Assembly: GCF_001194135.2 (NCBI RefSeq)
Contig: NC_068981.1
Location: 123,889,713 to 123,953,712 of the forward strand
Source of the DNA: Octopus bimaculoides
Taxonomy: Eukaryota
Length of the DNA: 64,000 bases
Direction of reading: 5' to 3'
The stretch's first letter is position 1, and the number at the start of each line of letters is the position of its first letter. The translations under genes and the position numbers were made by a program. This document shows, one piece after another, positions 52,620-64,000 of this stretch. The notes beneath the pieces are model-generated. The model worked only from the letters and a program-made list of their open reading frames with translations. It was not told the origin of the DNA and searched no databases.

Positions 52620-52992
52620 ATATGTATACATGCAAAACGAAAGAAAGCAAAAAGTGGAAACTTTCAGATGATGAATTATGAATTTATATGTCTAAATATA
52701 TATACATATGAATAACTTCAACTTATACAGAGTATAAACGACAGAGAATTTTAAAGAAGTGGAAGAATACCTTTTCCCACCCATTTAAGTATCTCTGCCG
52801 TTTGTACTTTGTGTAAGTTGGACCTAGTAATATAAATATCTCTATATTTAGGCATAAAGATTCATCATGTGACAGTGTCTCCCTTTGGCTTTCTCTCGGT
52901 TTGCATGCATACATGTATACATATTTTATATTTGATGTAGTTAATATATTCGATATGTTTGATGTGTCTAATTTGTTTATCCCCATAATTGC

Positions 52993-53028
<36 letters not shown>

Positions 53029-53273
53029 ACACTATCCAACAATAACCAGTCTTCTTTCGATCTCGTAGCTGCCTTGCCACTCACATCATGGGCTGGTGAA
53101 AGCTAAGACATTTTCCGGCTGTTAAATGTAGTAAATTGCAAGTTGAAGTTTAAAACTAGTAATATATACATATATACATAGCATTGCGTGTATACACACT
53201 CACACAAACACACACACACACACACGCACACATATATATATATCTATACATATGCGTGTGGGGGGGGGGTGTA

Positions 53274-53988
53274 CCGGGTGCGTAAGGTATTTGGGGACAT
53301 ACCTTTTTTGGGTTATTGCTACTTTTTTGCCAACTCTATTATAACCTTTGTTTCAGAAAATAATAATGGTAGATTCTCAGCTTACTCAAGAAATAAAAAG
53401 ACTTGCTATTATTGCGGTTATAAAGGCTCGGCATAGCGATTTAGAAATATCTCGATTTTTAAAAGTTGCCAGATCTTTCGTCTTCAAAGTTTGTAAGGAG
53501 CTAGAGACTGAAGATGGAAACGTATCACCAGTATCAAAGCATAAAAAGCATTCTAAACACTCTGAACTCATCAGAAAACCTGAACTTATCCAACAAGTTC
53601 ATCAGATCAGTGATTACAATCCCAGAAAGCCCATGAAGTCAATTGCAAAGGATCTCCATGTGTCAGAAGGAACCGTCAGAAATGTTGTCCACGGAGACAT
53701 CAGATATAAGTCTTATGTGAAGAAAGGTCAATTTGTCACAAAAAGCAAAAGAAAATCACTACATGAGATCTAAAAGGCTCTTAAACAAACTGAGAGAAAT
53801 TCAGCAGAAGATGATGCGTTAGATCTCATATAGAAGCAGTTGTTGAAGCCGAAGGTGGCTTTATTGAATAACATTAGAGAAAAGGTTTATTTTTATCCTC
53901 ATAGCATTTTTTTATGTATATAGATATTATCTATTATACATCTGTTACTTTATAAACATAAACTGTCCTGAAATATCTTACACACTGC
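53274..53988 (+). mobile_element. Internally deleted Tc1/mariner (maT/DD37D-like) element
   Basis: N-terminal double-HTH ORF 53348-53773 and C-terminal tail RSHIEAVVEAEGGFIE*, with the catalytic domain absent. Degenerate TIRs at 53274-53299 and 53964-53988. Confidence 0.75.
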
Positions 53989-54131
53989 ACATACCTGTAC
54001 GTATATATGCATATACTCATTTACTATTTGTTTTTACATGACTGAATGCAGCGTCTCCAATTTGTAAGTAGTTTTCGTAACTTCATATTTTCCGACGCTA
54101 CTCTATCTCTCTCTCTTTCTCTTCCTCTATC

Positions 54132-54240
54132 ATTTTTCCCCCTCTCGTTCTTCCTCTTTACTACTACGTATCTCGCTTTACCCCTCTCGTTCTTCCTCTG
54201 TTACTACTACGTATCTCTTTTTCCCCCTCGTACTTCCTCT
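54132..54240. repeat. ~46-bp pyrimidine-rich minisatellite (2-2.5 copies) beside a gap
   Basis: ccccctctcgttcttcctct(t/gt)tactactacgtatctc repeated. Confidence 0.8.
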
Positions 54241-56519
54241 CTTTCTCTTTTCCTCTCGTTGCTCACCTATTCTTCTACTTCCTCCCTTTGTTTCTCCCTC
54301 TANNNNNNNNNNNNNNNNNNNNNNNNNNNNNNNNNNNNNNNNNNNNNNNNNNNNNNNNNNNNNNNNNNNNNNNNNNNNNNNNNNNNNNNNNNNNNNNNNN
54401 NNNNNNNNNNNNNNNNNNNNNNNNNNNNNNNNNNNNNNNNNNNNNNNNNNNNNNNNNNNNNNNNNNNNNNNNNNNNNNNNNNNNNNNNNNNNNNNNNNNN
54501 NNNNNNNNNNNNNNNNNNNNNNNNNNNNNNNNNNNNNNNNNNNNNNNNNNNNNNNNNNNNNNNNNNNNNNNNNNNNNNNNNNNNNNNNNNNNNNNNNNNN
54601 NNNNNNNNNNNNNNNNNNNNNNNNNNNNNNNNNNNNNNNNNNNNNNNNNNNNNNNNNNNNNNNNNNNNNNNNNNNNNNNNNNNNNNNNNNNNNNNNNNNN
54701 NNNNNNNNNNNNNNNNNNNNNNNNNNNNNNNNNNNNNNNNNNNNNNNNNNNNNNNNNNNNNNNNNNNNNNNNNNNNNNNNNNNNNNNNNNNNNNNNNNNN
54801 NNNNNNNNNNNNNNNNNNNNNNNNNNNNNNNNNNNNNNNNNNNNNNNNNNNNNNNNNNNNNNNNNNNNNNNNNNNNNNNNNNNNNNNNNNNNNNNNNNNN
54901 NNNNNNNNNNNNNNNNNNNNNNNNNNNNNNNNNNNNNNNNNNNNNNNNNNNNNNNNNNNNNNNNNNNNNNNNNNNNNNNNNNNNNNNNNNNNNNNNNNNN
55001 NNNNNNNNNNATATATTTGTATTTTTAGATCTCTACCAAATATTTGGTAAAAATATAGAATATAATATATAACAGATTATTTTCTTTCTTCGTTTTATTT
55101 ACTTTCAAAAGTCCAACGGTTTTTATTGAAATTACAGCGTCCTTTACTTGTCGTTACTTAACATCCTAGGTTAATATCCTAAGTTAACAACACTACTTAC
55201 TTTACTATATAACGGTTTTCTTATAACCGATATTGTATGCAGTGTCAATATGTTTCCTGTCATTACAACCTGTTTATACACATGTAATTTAAGGACAGCT
55301 ATTAATGTTGTCTGTTATTTACTGTCTGCTATGAAGTAATCAAACCTGACCCTGAAGAGATACAATATTCTATTTTTTATCACAGACAAGAGTGTGTCGG
55401 GATATTGCATATATATNNNNNNNNNNNNNNNNNNNNNNNNNNNNNNNNNNNNNNNNNNNNNNNNNNNNNNNNNNNNNNNNNNNNNNNNNNNNNNNNNNNN
55501 NNNNNNNNNNNNNNNNNNNNNNNNNNNNNNNNNNNNNNNNNNNNNNNNNNNNNNNNNNNNNNNNNNNNNNNNNNNNNNNNNNNNNNATATATATATATAT
55601 ATACATATATGTATGTATATATATCCTACGTGCACAGTATCCGATTCTTAAGTTCTATTCGCACTGGTCAATAATCATCTCAAGGTTCCAATAGAAGACA
55701 TATGTCAAAGTCACCTCGCAGTGGGATCGAACCTGAACCCACAGAGGGAACAAGCGTTTTTAGACTCATTAAAACTCACACTTAGGCATGTATATATTAA
55801 TGTATTATGGTCTGTGTTGTGTGTGTGCGTGAAGGTGTATGCATGTGTGTGTGTGTGCGTGCGTGAGTGTGTGAGAGAGATGCAAAGTCTTTTACGTCAA
55901 TATGTAATCTAGTCATTCGATAAGTACATATCAATAAATTAGGTGCTACACTGAAGTAATACTAAAATGGATAATATCGACTAAATCCCCTGGAAATCAG
56001 TTCAGTTAATGAAGCCAGTAAAATAAAATGTAATTAAGTAATCTATATGAAATAAACCATCCAGATAATATTCAATTATAGGGTCAGAGGTTCACTTCCA
56101 TAGAGTAGTAACGTCTATTTCTGCACTAATACACCGACTTAAGGCACAAACGTTACAAATATTGTACCAGCTCAATAAAGCATATTGATTTTGTTCCTGA
56201 GAGACATTTACTATTGAGGCGTTACTAGTTTCCCTTTTAAAGGGCAAGCAAAATATTTCGAAAAATCTTTACATCACTGTAGCAACTAAAATAATTCAAA
56301 GTAAAAATTGTGAAAATATTGTTTAGTCTAATTTATTTATCTATATCTAAGTACAAATATTTGTTTACTTTCATAAATATGGTTTATCTTAGTGGAAATA
56401 TTGTATAACTTCCCATATCTAGAGAATATAATTTGCTCTTTTGTTGATAGTGCGTGTGGGTAGACAGCGTGTGTGTTGACAGTGTTAGTAGATATCATAG
56501 TGTAATATGGATTTCAAAT

Positions 56520-56716
56520 TTTATTACAAGGCAAGAATCTTCAGAGGTGAGGGTTAGTCCATTACATCGAACCCAATACTCTACTGGTACTTATTTCATC
56601 GAACCCAAAATGATGGAAGGCAAACTCAACCTCAGCGGAATTTGAAATCAGAACGTAAAGACGACGAAATGCCTCTAAGCATTTTGCCTGGCGTGCTAAA
56701 GATTCTGCCAGCTCAT
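56520..56716 (-). mobile_element. SINE family A
   Basis: attacaaggcaag...ctggtacttatttcatcgaaccc...ctcagcggaatttgaaatcagaacgtaaagacgacgaaatgc...gattctgccagctc. Confidence 0.85.
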
Positions 56717-57088
56717 ACTTGTCTCATACTTAAATATTACCCGCTCTACCGGTTGCTTCATTTTGTGGGGCACTCACAAGTAAAGTCTTTAAGCAGAACC
56801 AGTTCGAAATGAATAGTTTGAAAGTTACATCAATCACATCGCTTATTTTGATGGAACGTTGGTTAAGATATATGAAGGATGCAGTTGTAAGAACTGATAA
56901 ATAAGCTGTTGATTATGCAGAATCGTTTACATATAACTTCTATACATTATGATCCATTGTATTGCAGTCAATGGTAAACAATTTTTTTCTCTTTTCAACT
57001 ATTATCTATAGATCAATATCACTTTAATCCCTTTTCTGTGTATATCTCTAAATTGTACATTATACATATATATATATATATATATACG

Positions 57089-57126
<38 letters not shown>

Positions 57127-57757
57127 TAAACACTGATTTAATCTCCAAACCGTTGGATCGAAAGTGTTCTATACTGTTTTTTCTTCATATATTACATGCA
57201 ATTCAATACAATCTTTAATCCTTTTTCTATGTATAACATAGTTTTAAATACTTTGTTATATATATATATATACATATAAACACATGTATATACATATATA
57301 TGTGTGTGTGTGTGTACATTGTATACTTGATGTAGATTGTATCTTGAAACCGTTGGTTTGTAAGGCACTTAATTTTGTTCATTTATAACAAACAGAAGAG
57401 TAAGGAATAGGGTGTTTATGCAGCATTGAAAGATAAAGTAAACCAAAAATAATAAACATTGACCGTTACTTTACAGGTAACTGTAACATTGTTCGTTATA
57501 CCGATTCTAACCTGTTATACAACTTACTGATTTATAAATAAGTCGATAACCAATACAACCTTCGAAAGGGCCAGGACTACTAATTCACCATGCTTAGTAT
57601 ATAACACTTAAAAGAGAACCTGTTTCCATGGCGATAATTTCTATCAATATAGTAATAATATATTACATGTGTGAGTTTAGTGACTCTGCGTTGGTGTGAT
57701 GCGGGTTTATGTTTGGCATTACAATGTTCATGTTATATGTGTGTGTGTGTATGTATG

Positions 57758-57812
<55 letters not shown>

Positions 57813-58699
57813 TCTGTGTATCATATTATATGTCTTACAGGAGTGCCTATGCTTTCGTTGTCTACGTGTCTGTGAATATTTGCGTTTGTGTGTATACGTC
57901 ACCAAAGATAAAAAGTATACGTGCATTAAGCTCAGTAGACTAAAATATAAAACAACTAAATAAAGATAGCCGTGTGCAACAAATACAATGAAATATATCA
58001 AAGTAAAACGAAATATATCAAAGAATATAAAATTACAGACCAATATATGTAGGCAATAATCAAAACAGAGAACAAAACCATTACTTTGACGTTATTCTTT
58101 GATTCAGACGTTGAGACTTACGCGAGGTGGCAACTAACTGACTAATAATAGTCATGCTATGAAATGCGTGCAAATATTCTGAATTGAAGTTATGCTAAGA
58201 TTTCCTTCTTTCTCTATCCCACAATTATGTACAACATGTACGTGTTATTGTTTACAACATATTTTCACGTAAAAGGCGTGTGTAGGTGAAGAAATGTATG
58301 GAAACAAAAAGTAACAAAAGATAAAAGCTACAACTAAGTATCTTTTATTTGAAAATTTTGTTGTTTATTAATCAGGTATGCATGTGGTTTACCTCACAAA
58401 ATTAGTCTGTATATCATAACAATATTTATTCGATTCCTTAGAGGAGAAGGTATAGTGGGACTCTTACTCTCTAGTACAAACAACCCAATGCAAATCTGAT
58501 AGGTCTACGTTTTGTTATATAACTCAATACCACATAGACTATTCTCATAAGCATAGAAGATACATCATGTATATTTGAAGCTATGTCTTATAAAGCTTAT
58601 AGTCAGCTTAATAATAAGTCAAAGCAAAAACAGCTTCTGATAACATTTGATATCAAATCGTCTAACGTACTTCCATTTGTCATGAAATTATTCTCGACA

Positions 58700-59320
58700 T
58701 AAAGATGTCTGTAATGGGTATGGGCAGCACTTTTTTTTTTTGGCATTGTTTTTGTATTTTTTTACGAAATGTCTCCCGTTCTCGTGCTATACTTCACTCG
58801 AAGTGTATCTCAAATGCAATAAATCTGATCTGTAGCTGTTAATAGCACTTATTCTCCTTTCAATTCTGATCTCGCGAAATTTTCATTTATTTTATATATG
58901 TTGTCGGTCTTGTCCAGTCAGGAATAGTGGAACGGAAATAAATTTTCCCCTAGGTGTAACAAGTATTTATTAATGTAGTAGACTCACTGTAGATTATTGA
59001 CTTTCTATCAACCACAATGGTAGAATCTGTATTGTTTTGTTGTTGTTTTATTTTTTTTAGCTATCTTATCTGAGAGTGACAAAGATGATGAAAACGTTAT
59101 GCCAATTATCGATTCAAGATTCTTTTAGAAGTTCTTTTTCTCTGATTCTCCAGTGATAATTTACTTTCCAATCTCTAAATTGTATTCTGCAACTCTCAGG
59201 TGTATTGCAGTGTCTTTACAACTCTATAATCCATTGTCTTAATCGATTTTCTCAAATAGCTTTATCCATTCTTTTAGTTTAACTGAAACATTATATTCTG
59301 AAAGCTCTTTTTTTGTTGTT
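58700..59320 (-). mobile_element. Possible CR1/L2-like RT remnants
   Basis: Minus fragments ELSEYNVSVKLKEWIKLF and YFRSTIPDWTRP resemble KL..YG+.G.+L.WI and FFPRTI.DWN.LP. Order is partly inconsistent. Confidence 0.3.
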
Positions 59321-59489
59321 TTTCTCTTTCATACAGTTGCAAACCCGTAAGCCAAGTTTCAACCATTGCTATCGCATGACAATGTGATATTTTGAAAACT
59401 TTTTTCTTTTGATACTCAAGAGATTATTTCTTGTGTATTAAAATAAGATTTATTACACATAAATATAAACAATTGCACATTCCTCTCTA

Positions 59490-59534
<45 letters not shown>

Positions 59535-59647
59535 NNNNNNNNNNNNNNNNNNNNNNNNNNNNNNNNNNNNNNNNNNNNNNNNNNNNNNNNNNNNNNNNNN
59601 NNNNNNNNNNNNNNNNNNNNNNNNNNTCTCTCCCTCTCCCTCTCTCT

Positions 59648-59679
<32 letters not shown>

Positions 59680-61018
59680 CTATTTATCTATTTTTCTTTC
59701 TTTCACTTTCTCTTTCAATCTCTCTGTCTATGGTCAATTCCAGATATCATCATTTAGTTTCTTTTCTGTGAATAACAGCAAATGTGAAAGAGATAATTCT
59801 AAAATATCCAATCATTTTCTTGTTTATTCCATTATCTTTCACTTGTAATTGTCTTCAGTGGCAATCTTATATATAATTATGCAAATACAAATATATTTAT
59901 ATAAGTTACCAAAACAGTAAACAACCTATTTGCTCAATCTAAAATAACACTAAAATTTTAAAAGTTCCAATTTTAGTACATTTTGACAAAATGTTGTTTT
60001 CATCATTTTGAAAACCATCTTTACTCAAAAGCACAAAATATTCTGTACAGCTTTCAGTCACTGCCGCCATCACCTCATCTCAATCTTTAAACATAGATTC
60101 GCTTCTTTGTCACGCCCGCCTACCAGTTTAGCAAGCATGATTCTAAAGACTTAAAGGCCATATTGTTCACATGTATGTATATAAATGCACGTATATATGC
60201 ATATACATGTGTGTGTGCGTATGAATGTGTGTGTGTGTGTATGCATGTGTGTGTGTGCGTATGCATATGTGTGTGTGCGCGCGTGTGTACACATATATAT
60301 GTTCATTAAGTACGTATACATTATGCATATATGTTATATGCGTGTGAAGCGTGAGTGTATGCATGCAAAGAGAAAAATCCAAATACTTTCACTTCTCGCT
60401 ATTTTATAACTTTCAATTTATCTTACGAATACATATAAAAGTTATAAAATGTTTTAAAATTATTTGATTATTTATGTATTTCGATATTTCTTGCAAATAC
60501 TTAAAACTTATTTCACTAATATTTTCGATTCTTTTCATATTTTACTATTTTATAAGTTTTCATATTTCTTTTTTTGCATAGATAGTATGGTGATGTCAAT
60601 CCTACACTTTCAAAAAGAATAAATAAATAATATATGCAAGATGTAATATATATAAATTACAAGTAAACCTTCTGAAGTGGTGGGCGGCGTTTCCCCTAGT
60701 AGCATACATCAGGTCTATCAGATACAAAAGAATCAAACGTCCTTCGGAAGTTAACCACTTATACACTTATGACATATTTACATAGAATTTGTGAAACTTG
60801 AGATGCATATTATATAGTGTGTATGAGTGTGTTGATTTCATTATGATTAATGATAAAATACATATATTTTAGCGTTGAGGAAATAAAAGTTGGTGATATT
60901 CTTCATACTTTTATCAAGATTTGCAAAGCAATTAAAACAAAATTGCTTCATCCAATGACTGAGCTGCGTCTTTATCAAACTGAAGAAAAACAACTCTTTT
61001 TACTCTGTCAATATACAG

Positions 61019-61098
61019 GGTATCCACAAGAACACTCCCAGCTGCGTTGTTGTGGCGTGCCGGTCATCTTGGATTTCCTTGCGTTTGCGGCAAAGATG
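61019..61098 (+). other. Candidate exon (possibly a first exon ending in ATG) with strong donor
   Basis: GC- and CpG-rich island ending caaagATG|GTAAGT (donor 61099). Possible acceptor tttttactctgtcaatatacAG at 61018. Confidence 0.4.
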
Positions 61099-61554
61099 GT
61101 AAGTCACCTGAGAACAAAAGAAAATATTATTTGTTAGGGAATCTGTGGACACCATATTTATCATATTTGAATTACTTTAGATATCATAGCGTCATGAAAT
61201 CAGAGAGTGTTTTTGTGGACAGTCTGTAGATTGAACATTCGTACTGATTTCATAAGCTCTAACTCGATGTTTAAAAGAGCGTAGTATAGATAGTTAAATC
61301 TTCTGTCTACTGCTGCTATATATTTTATTCATCGCAATAGAATTTAAAATCAGAACAAATTGGAATGAAGCTTAAATAAATACTTTAAGATTTTAACACT
61401 ATATATCTATAAGAAATTCTACCACAGGACGAATACCGCAATTTATCAGTCTTTCAATGTTGTATCTTCTTTGTGTAACTAAATTTTATTGAGCTTGCCG
61501 ACTAATTGCGACATCAGTGATTTGTCAGGCACTATTTTCTCTCTTTACTTTTTC

Positions 61555-61830
61555 GCCCTTTTAAAGCCTAGCCAGGCTCATGGGCCCGGTTTCCCGGTTT
61601 CTATGGCGTATGTGTTCCCCACAGCTGGACGGGACGCCAGTCCATCGCAGCGTTAGTCAAGAAACAGGAAGAAAGAGTGAGAGAAAGCTGGGGCGAAAGA
61701 GTACAACAGGGGTCGCCACCACCCCCTGCCGGAGCCTCGTGGAGCTTTTGGTGTGTTCGCTTCATAAACACACACAACGCCCTGTCTGGGAATCGAAACT
61801 GCGATCCTCCGACCGCGAGTCCGCTGCCAT
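61555..61830 (-). mobile_element. tRNA-derived SINE family C
   Basis: Minus head ggcagcggactcgcggtcggaggatcgcagtttcgattccc (B box), body gctccacgaggctccggcagg, tail gcgatggactggcgtcccgtccag...gaaaccggg. Confidence 0.85.
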
Positions 61831-61994
61831 TGAGCCTCCACCAGGCACTATTTTACCATATTAATAATGGCTGATTTTGTCTTAGCATGTGGCTGTTATT
61901 TGATACTTGATACTGACGAAGCTCAATATGGAAAAAATACGTATTTAACAGTGCCACCACCACTGCTGGACTATTTTCGTTTGCGACTGGTATA

Positions 61995-62408
61995 TTCTTT
62001 TGTTCTTTTATTTGTTTCAGTTATTTAACTGCGGCCATGCTGGAGTACCACCTAGAAGGGTTTTGGTCGAACAAATCGACTCCAGGACTTATTTTTTAAA
62101 CCTAGTACTTATTCTATCGGTCTATTTTGCCGAATCGCTAGATTACGGGATGAAAACACACCAATACCGGTTACCAAGTGGTGATGGGGGACAAACACAC
62201 ACAAAAAGACACACACACATAGATATACACATATACATATATACGACGGGGTTCTTTCAGTTTCCGTCTCCCAAATTCACTCACAAACCTTTGGTCAGCC
62301 CGTGGCTATAGTAGAAGACACTTGCTCAAGATGGCACGCCGTGAGACAGGACCCGGAACCATGTGGTTGGGAAACAAGCTTCTTACCACTCAGCCACGCC
62401 TGCGCCTA
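61995..62408 (-). mobile_element. Full-length tRNA-derived SINE family D with internal microsatellite
   Basis: Minus head aggcgcaggcgtggctgagtggtaagaagc...ccacatggttccggg, internal (TG/TA)n, tail gcatggccgcagttaaataactgaaacaa. Confidence 0.9.
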
Positions 62409-62869
62409 TACATCTGTTTTTTTTAAACTCTAGACGTCTATAAGAAATGAACATCACAGTTTCAGGTTTCGTTTCAGTTTATTTGAGGCAAACACTGTGG
62501 AGTTAGAAATCAGACGCTAGAGTGATAAAATTTAGCGTTTTGACTGGAACAAACCAGTTCATTTTTGTTACTTATTATAAGGGAAAAATAATGAACGTTA
62601 CGTCGAAATTTTTTTAGCTTAATCACTGGTGGTGTACTAAATCAGAACATACTCTATTCCATCTGCTTATTCTAAATTGAACAAACGGGTGTCGTTCAAA
62701 GATGAGCTTCTGCCAATGCGTTTTCAATTCCCAAGAGAAGCGATTTCATAGTTTTACTACCATCATGAAAGCACGAAAGCTATACACATTCTAGTTGACT
62801 TTTCCCAAACTATAATTACGTCAATTCGAATCGCAGTGATCTATAATATATCTCCTACTGGTGTTGCTG

Positions 62870-62919
62870 TTGATGATGATGATGATGATGAGGAGGAGGA
62901 GGAGGAGGAGGAGGAGGAG

Positions 62920-62963
<44 letters not shown>
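62870..62963. repeat. (GAT)n(GAG)n(GAC)n compound trinucleotide repeat
   Basis: Direct reading. Confidence 0.95.
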
Positions 62964-62964
<1 letters not shown>

Positions 62965-63534
62965 TAGGAGAATTTCCACCCTCATTAGTATTCATGTTGC
63001 GTTGATTCGTGATGGTGGTGATGGTGGTGGTGTCAGTGTTCATCGATTTGTTGCATATTTACTTTGAAATTTTCTTCAGCGAAGCATATTTGCACAGATG
63101 CAAAACTTTCGAAAGCAGCTGACACATACAGACACGTTATTCACACGACCTTTCTTCATCTTGTTGATAGCAATATGAAATTTGTATGCTCGAGAAGCTA
63201 AAATGAGAAATATCTATAAACCTCTCAAATAGGAGATATATCCGAAAAAGAAAACACCCTCTTGATCATCTAATACAAATTCAATAACAAACGTTCCGAC
63301 TTTCGTCAGATTCAATCCGCAGAAGCAAGTTAACAGTTTATCGAATTCTTGAGCCACGCGTTAATTCTATCTAGAATGTGATGATGATGATGATGATGAG
63401 GAGGAGGAGGAGGAGGAGGAGGAGGAGGGGTGGAGGATAAATACGCTGATGCAATGCCAGACATGTTCTGGTGCAATACCAAGAAGTGGCTCTCACGGCT
63501 TTTAAACTTAACCGTTTCGAAATTTTAAGATGGC

Positions 63535-63597
63535 CATGTAAAACACTGGGGTCGGTGTAATCTACTAGTCTCCCTCACTGTGCCTTTAGTAGAAAGG

Positions 63598-63638
<41 letters not shown>

Positions 63639-63648
63639 CATTATTATT

Positions 63649-63713
<65 letters not shown>

Positions 63714-63768
63714 TATCATCATCATCATCATTATTAAGGCGGTGAGCTGGCAGAATCATTAGCACAAT
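63535..63768 (+). mobile_element. SINE A tail, expanded (ATT)n(ATC)n tract, SINE A head
   Basis: cactggggtcggtgtaatctactag...tagtagaaaggatt(att)n(atc)n-aaggcggtgagctggcagaatcattagcac. Confidence 0.8.
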
Positions 63769-64000
63769 CTTGGAGTAAAAGATGCGCTACAGCAAATATT
63801 CTGCTCAATAGCTCAGATTTCCTTGTCAGTTGCTTGACCATGACCGGTTGAGCGTGTCTTACAGTGGCTAACGATATGTGCATCTCTGACCACGAGCAGG
63901 ACTTGCGGGAAAGCATCATAGTGATGTATTTACTGGAATTTTGTGGGTTTGAATAATTCACCTCTGGAAACGTAGGTGTTTTGTCCATCATCCCTAAACA

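Noticed and set aside
57320-57360. TTGATGT-AGAT-TGT-ATCT-TGAAAC motif
   Set aside because: Two core mismatches and no stem I pairing.
61890-61950. CTGACGAAGCTC... HHR-like start
   Set aside because: No stem II partner and no intact GAAA at the expected position.
62858-62966. Poly-D/E reading of (GAT)n(GAG)n(GAC)n
   Set aside because: No start codon or splice support, and a stop follows immediately. It is a compound microsatellite.

Overview
AT-rich eukaryotic non-coding DNA with many assembly gaps (N-runs) and long (TA)n, (CA)n, (CT)n, (TATG)n and trinucleotide microsatellites. The repeat content resembles an octopus (cephalopod) genome. That is my recollection of these SINE families, not a database result. 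No intact host gene can be read, and most ORFs in the track are microsatellite or N-gap artefacts. The recognisable coding signal is transposon-derived: a Chapaev3-like transposase pseudogene (5.4-7.5 kb), several mariner remnants, a near-complete DD34E Tc1 element with TIRs and TA duplication (19968-21244), two R4/Dong-like RLE retrotransposon fragments, and RTE, Gypsy and ORF1 remnants. Many tRNA-derived SINEs of at least four types and several MITE or foldback structures are also present. The most notable unexplained structure is a set of hammerhead-ribozyme (HHR) motifs in unrelated short repeat units next to microsatellites or gaps. One is a nearly canonical type I HHR (36727-36825). Another lies downstream of a tRNA-like Pol III head (7870-8156), reminiscent of Penelope pLTR ribozymes, retrozymes and Schistosoma Sm-alpha. 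A few plus-strand splice-site and exon candidates are reported at low confidence.
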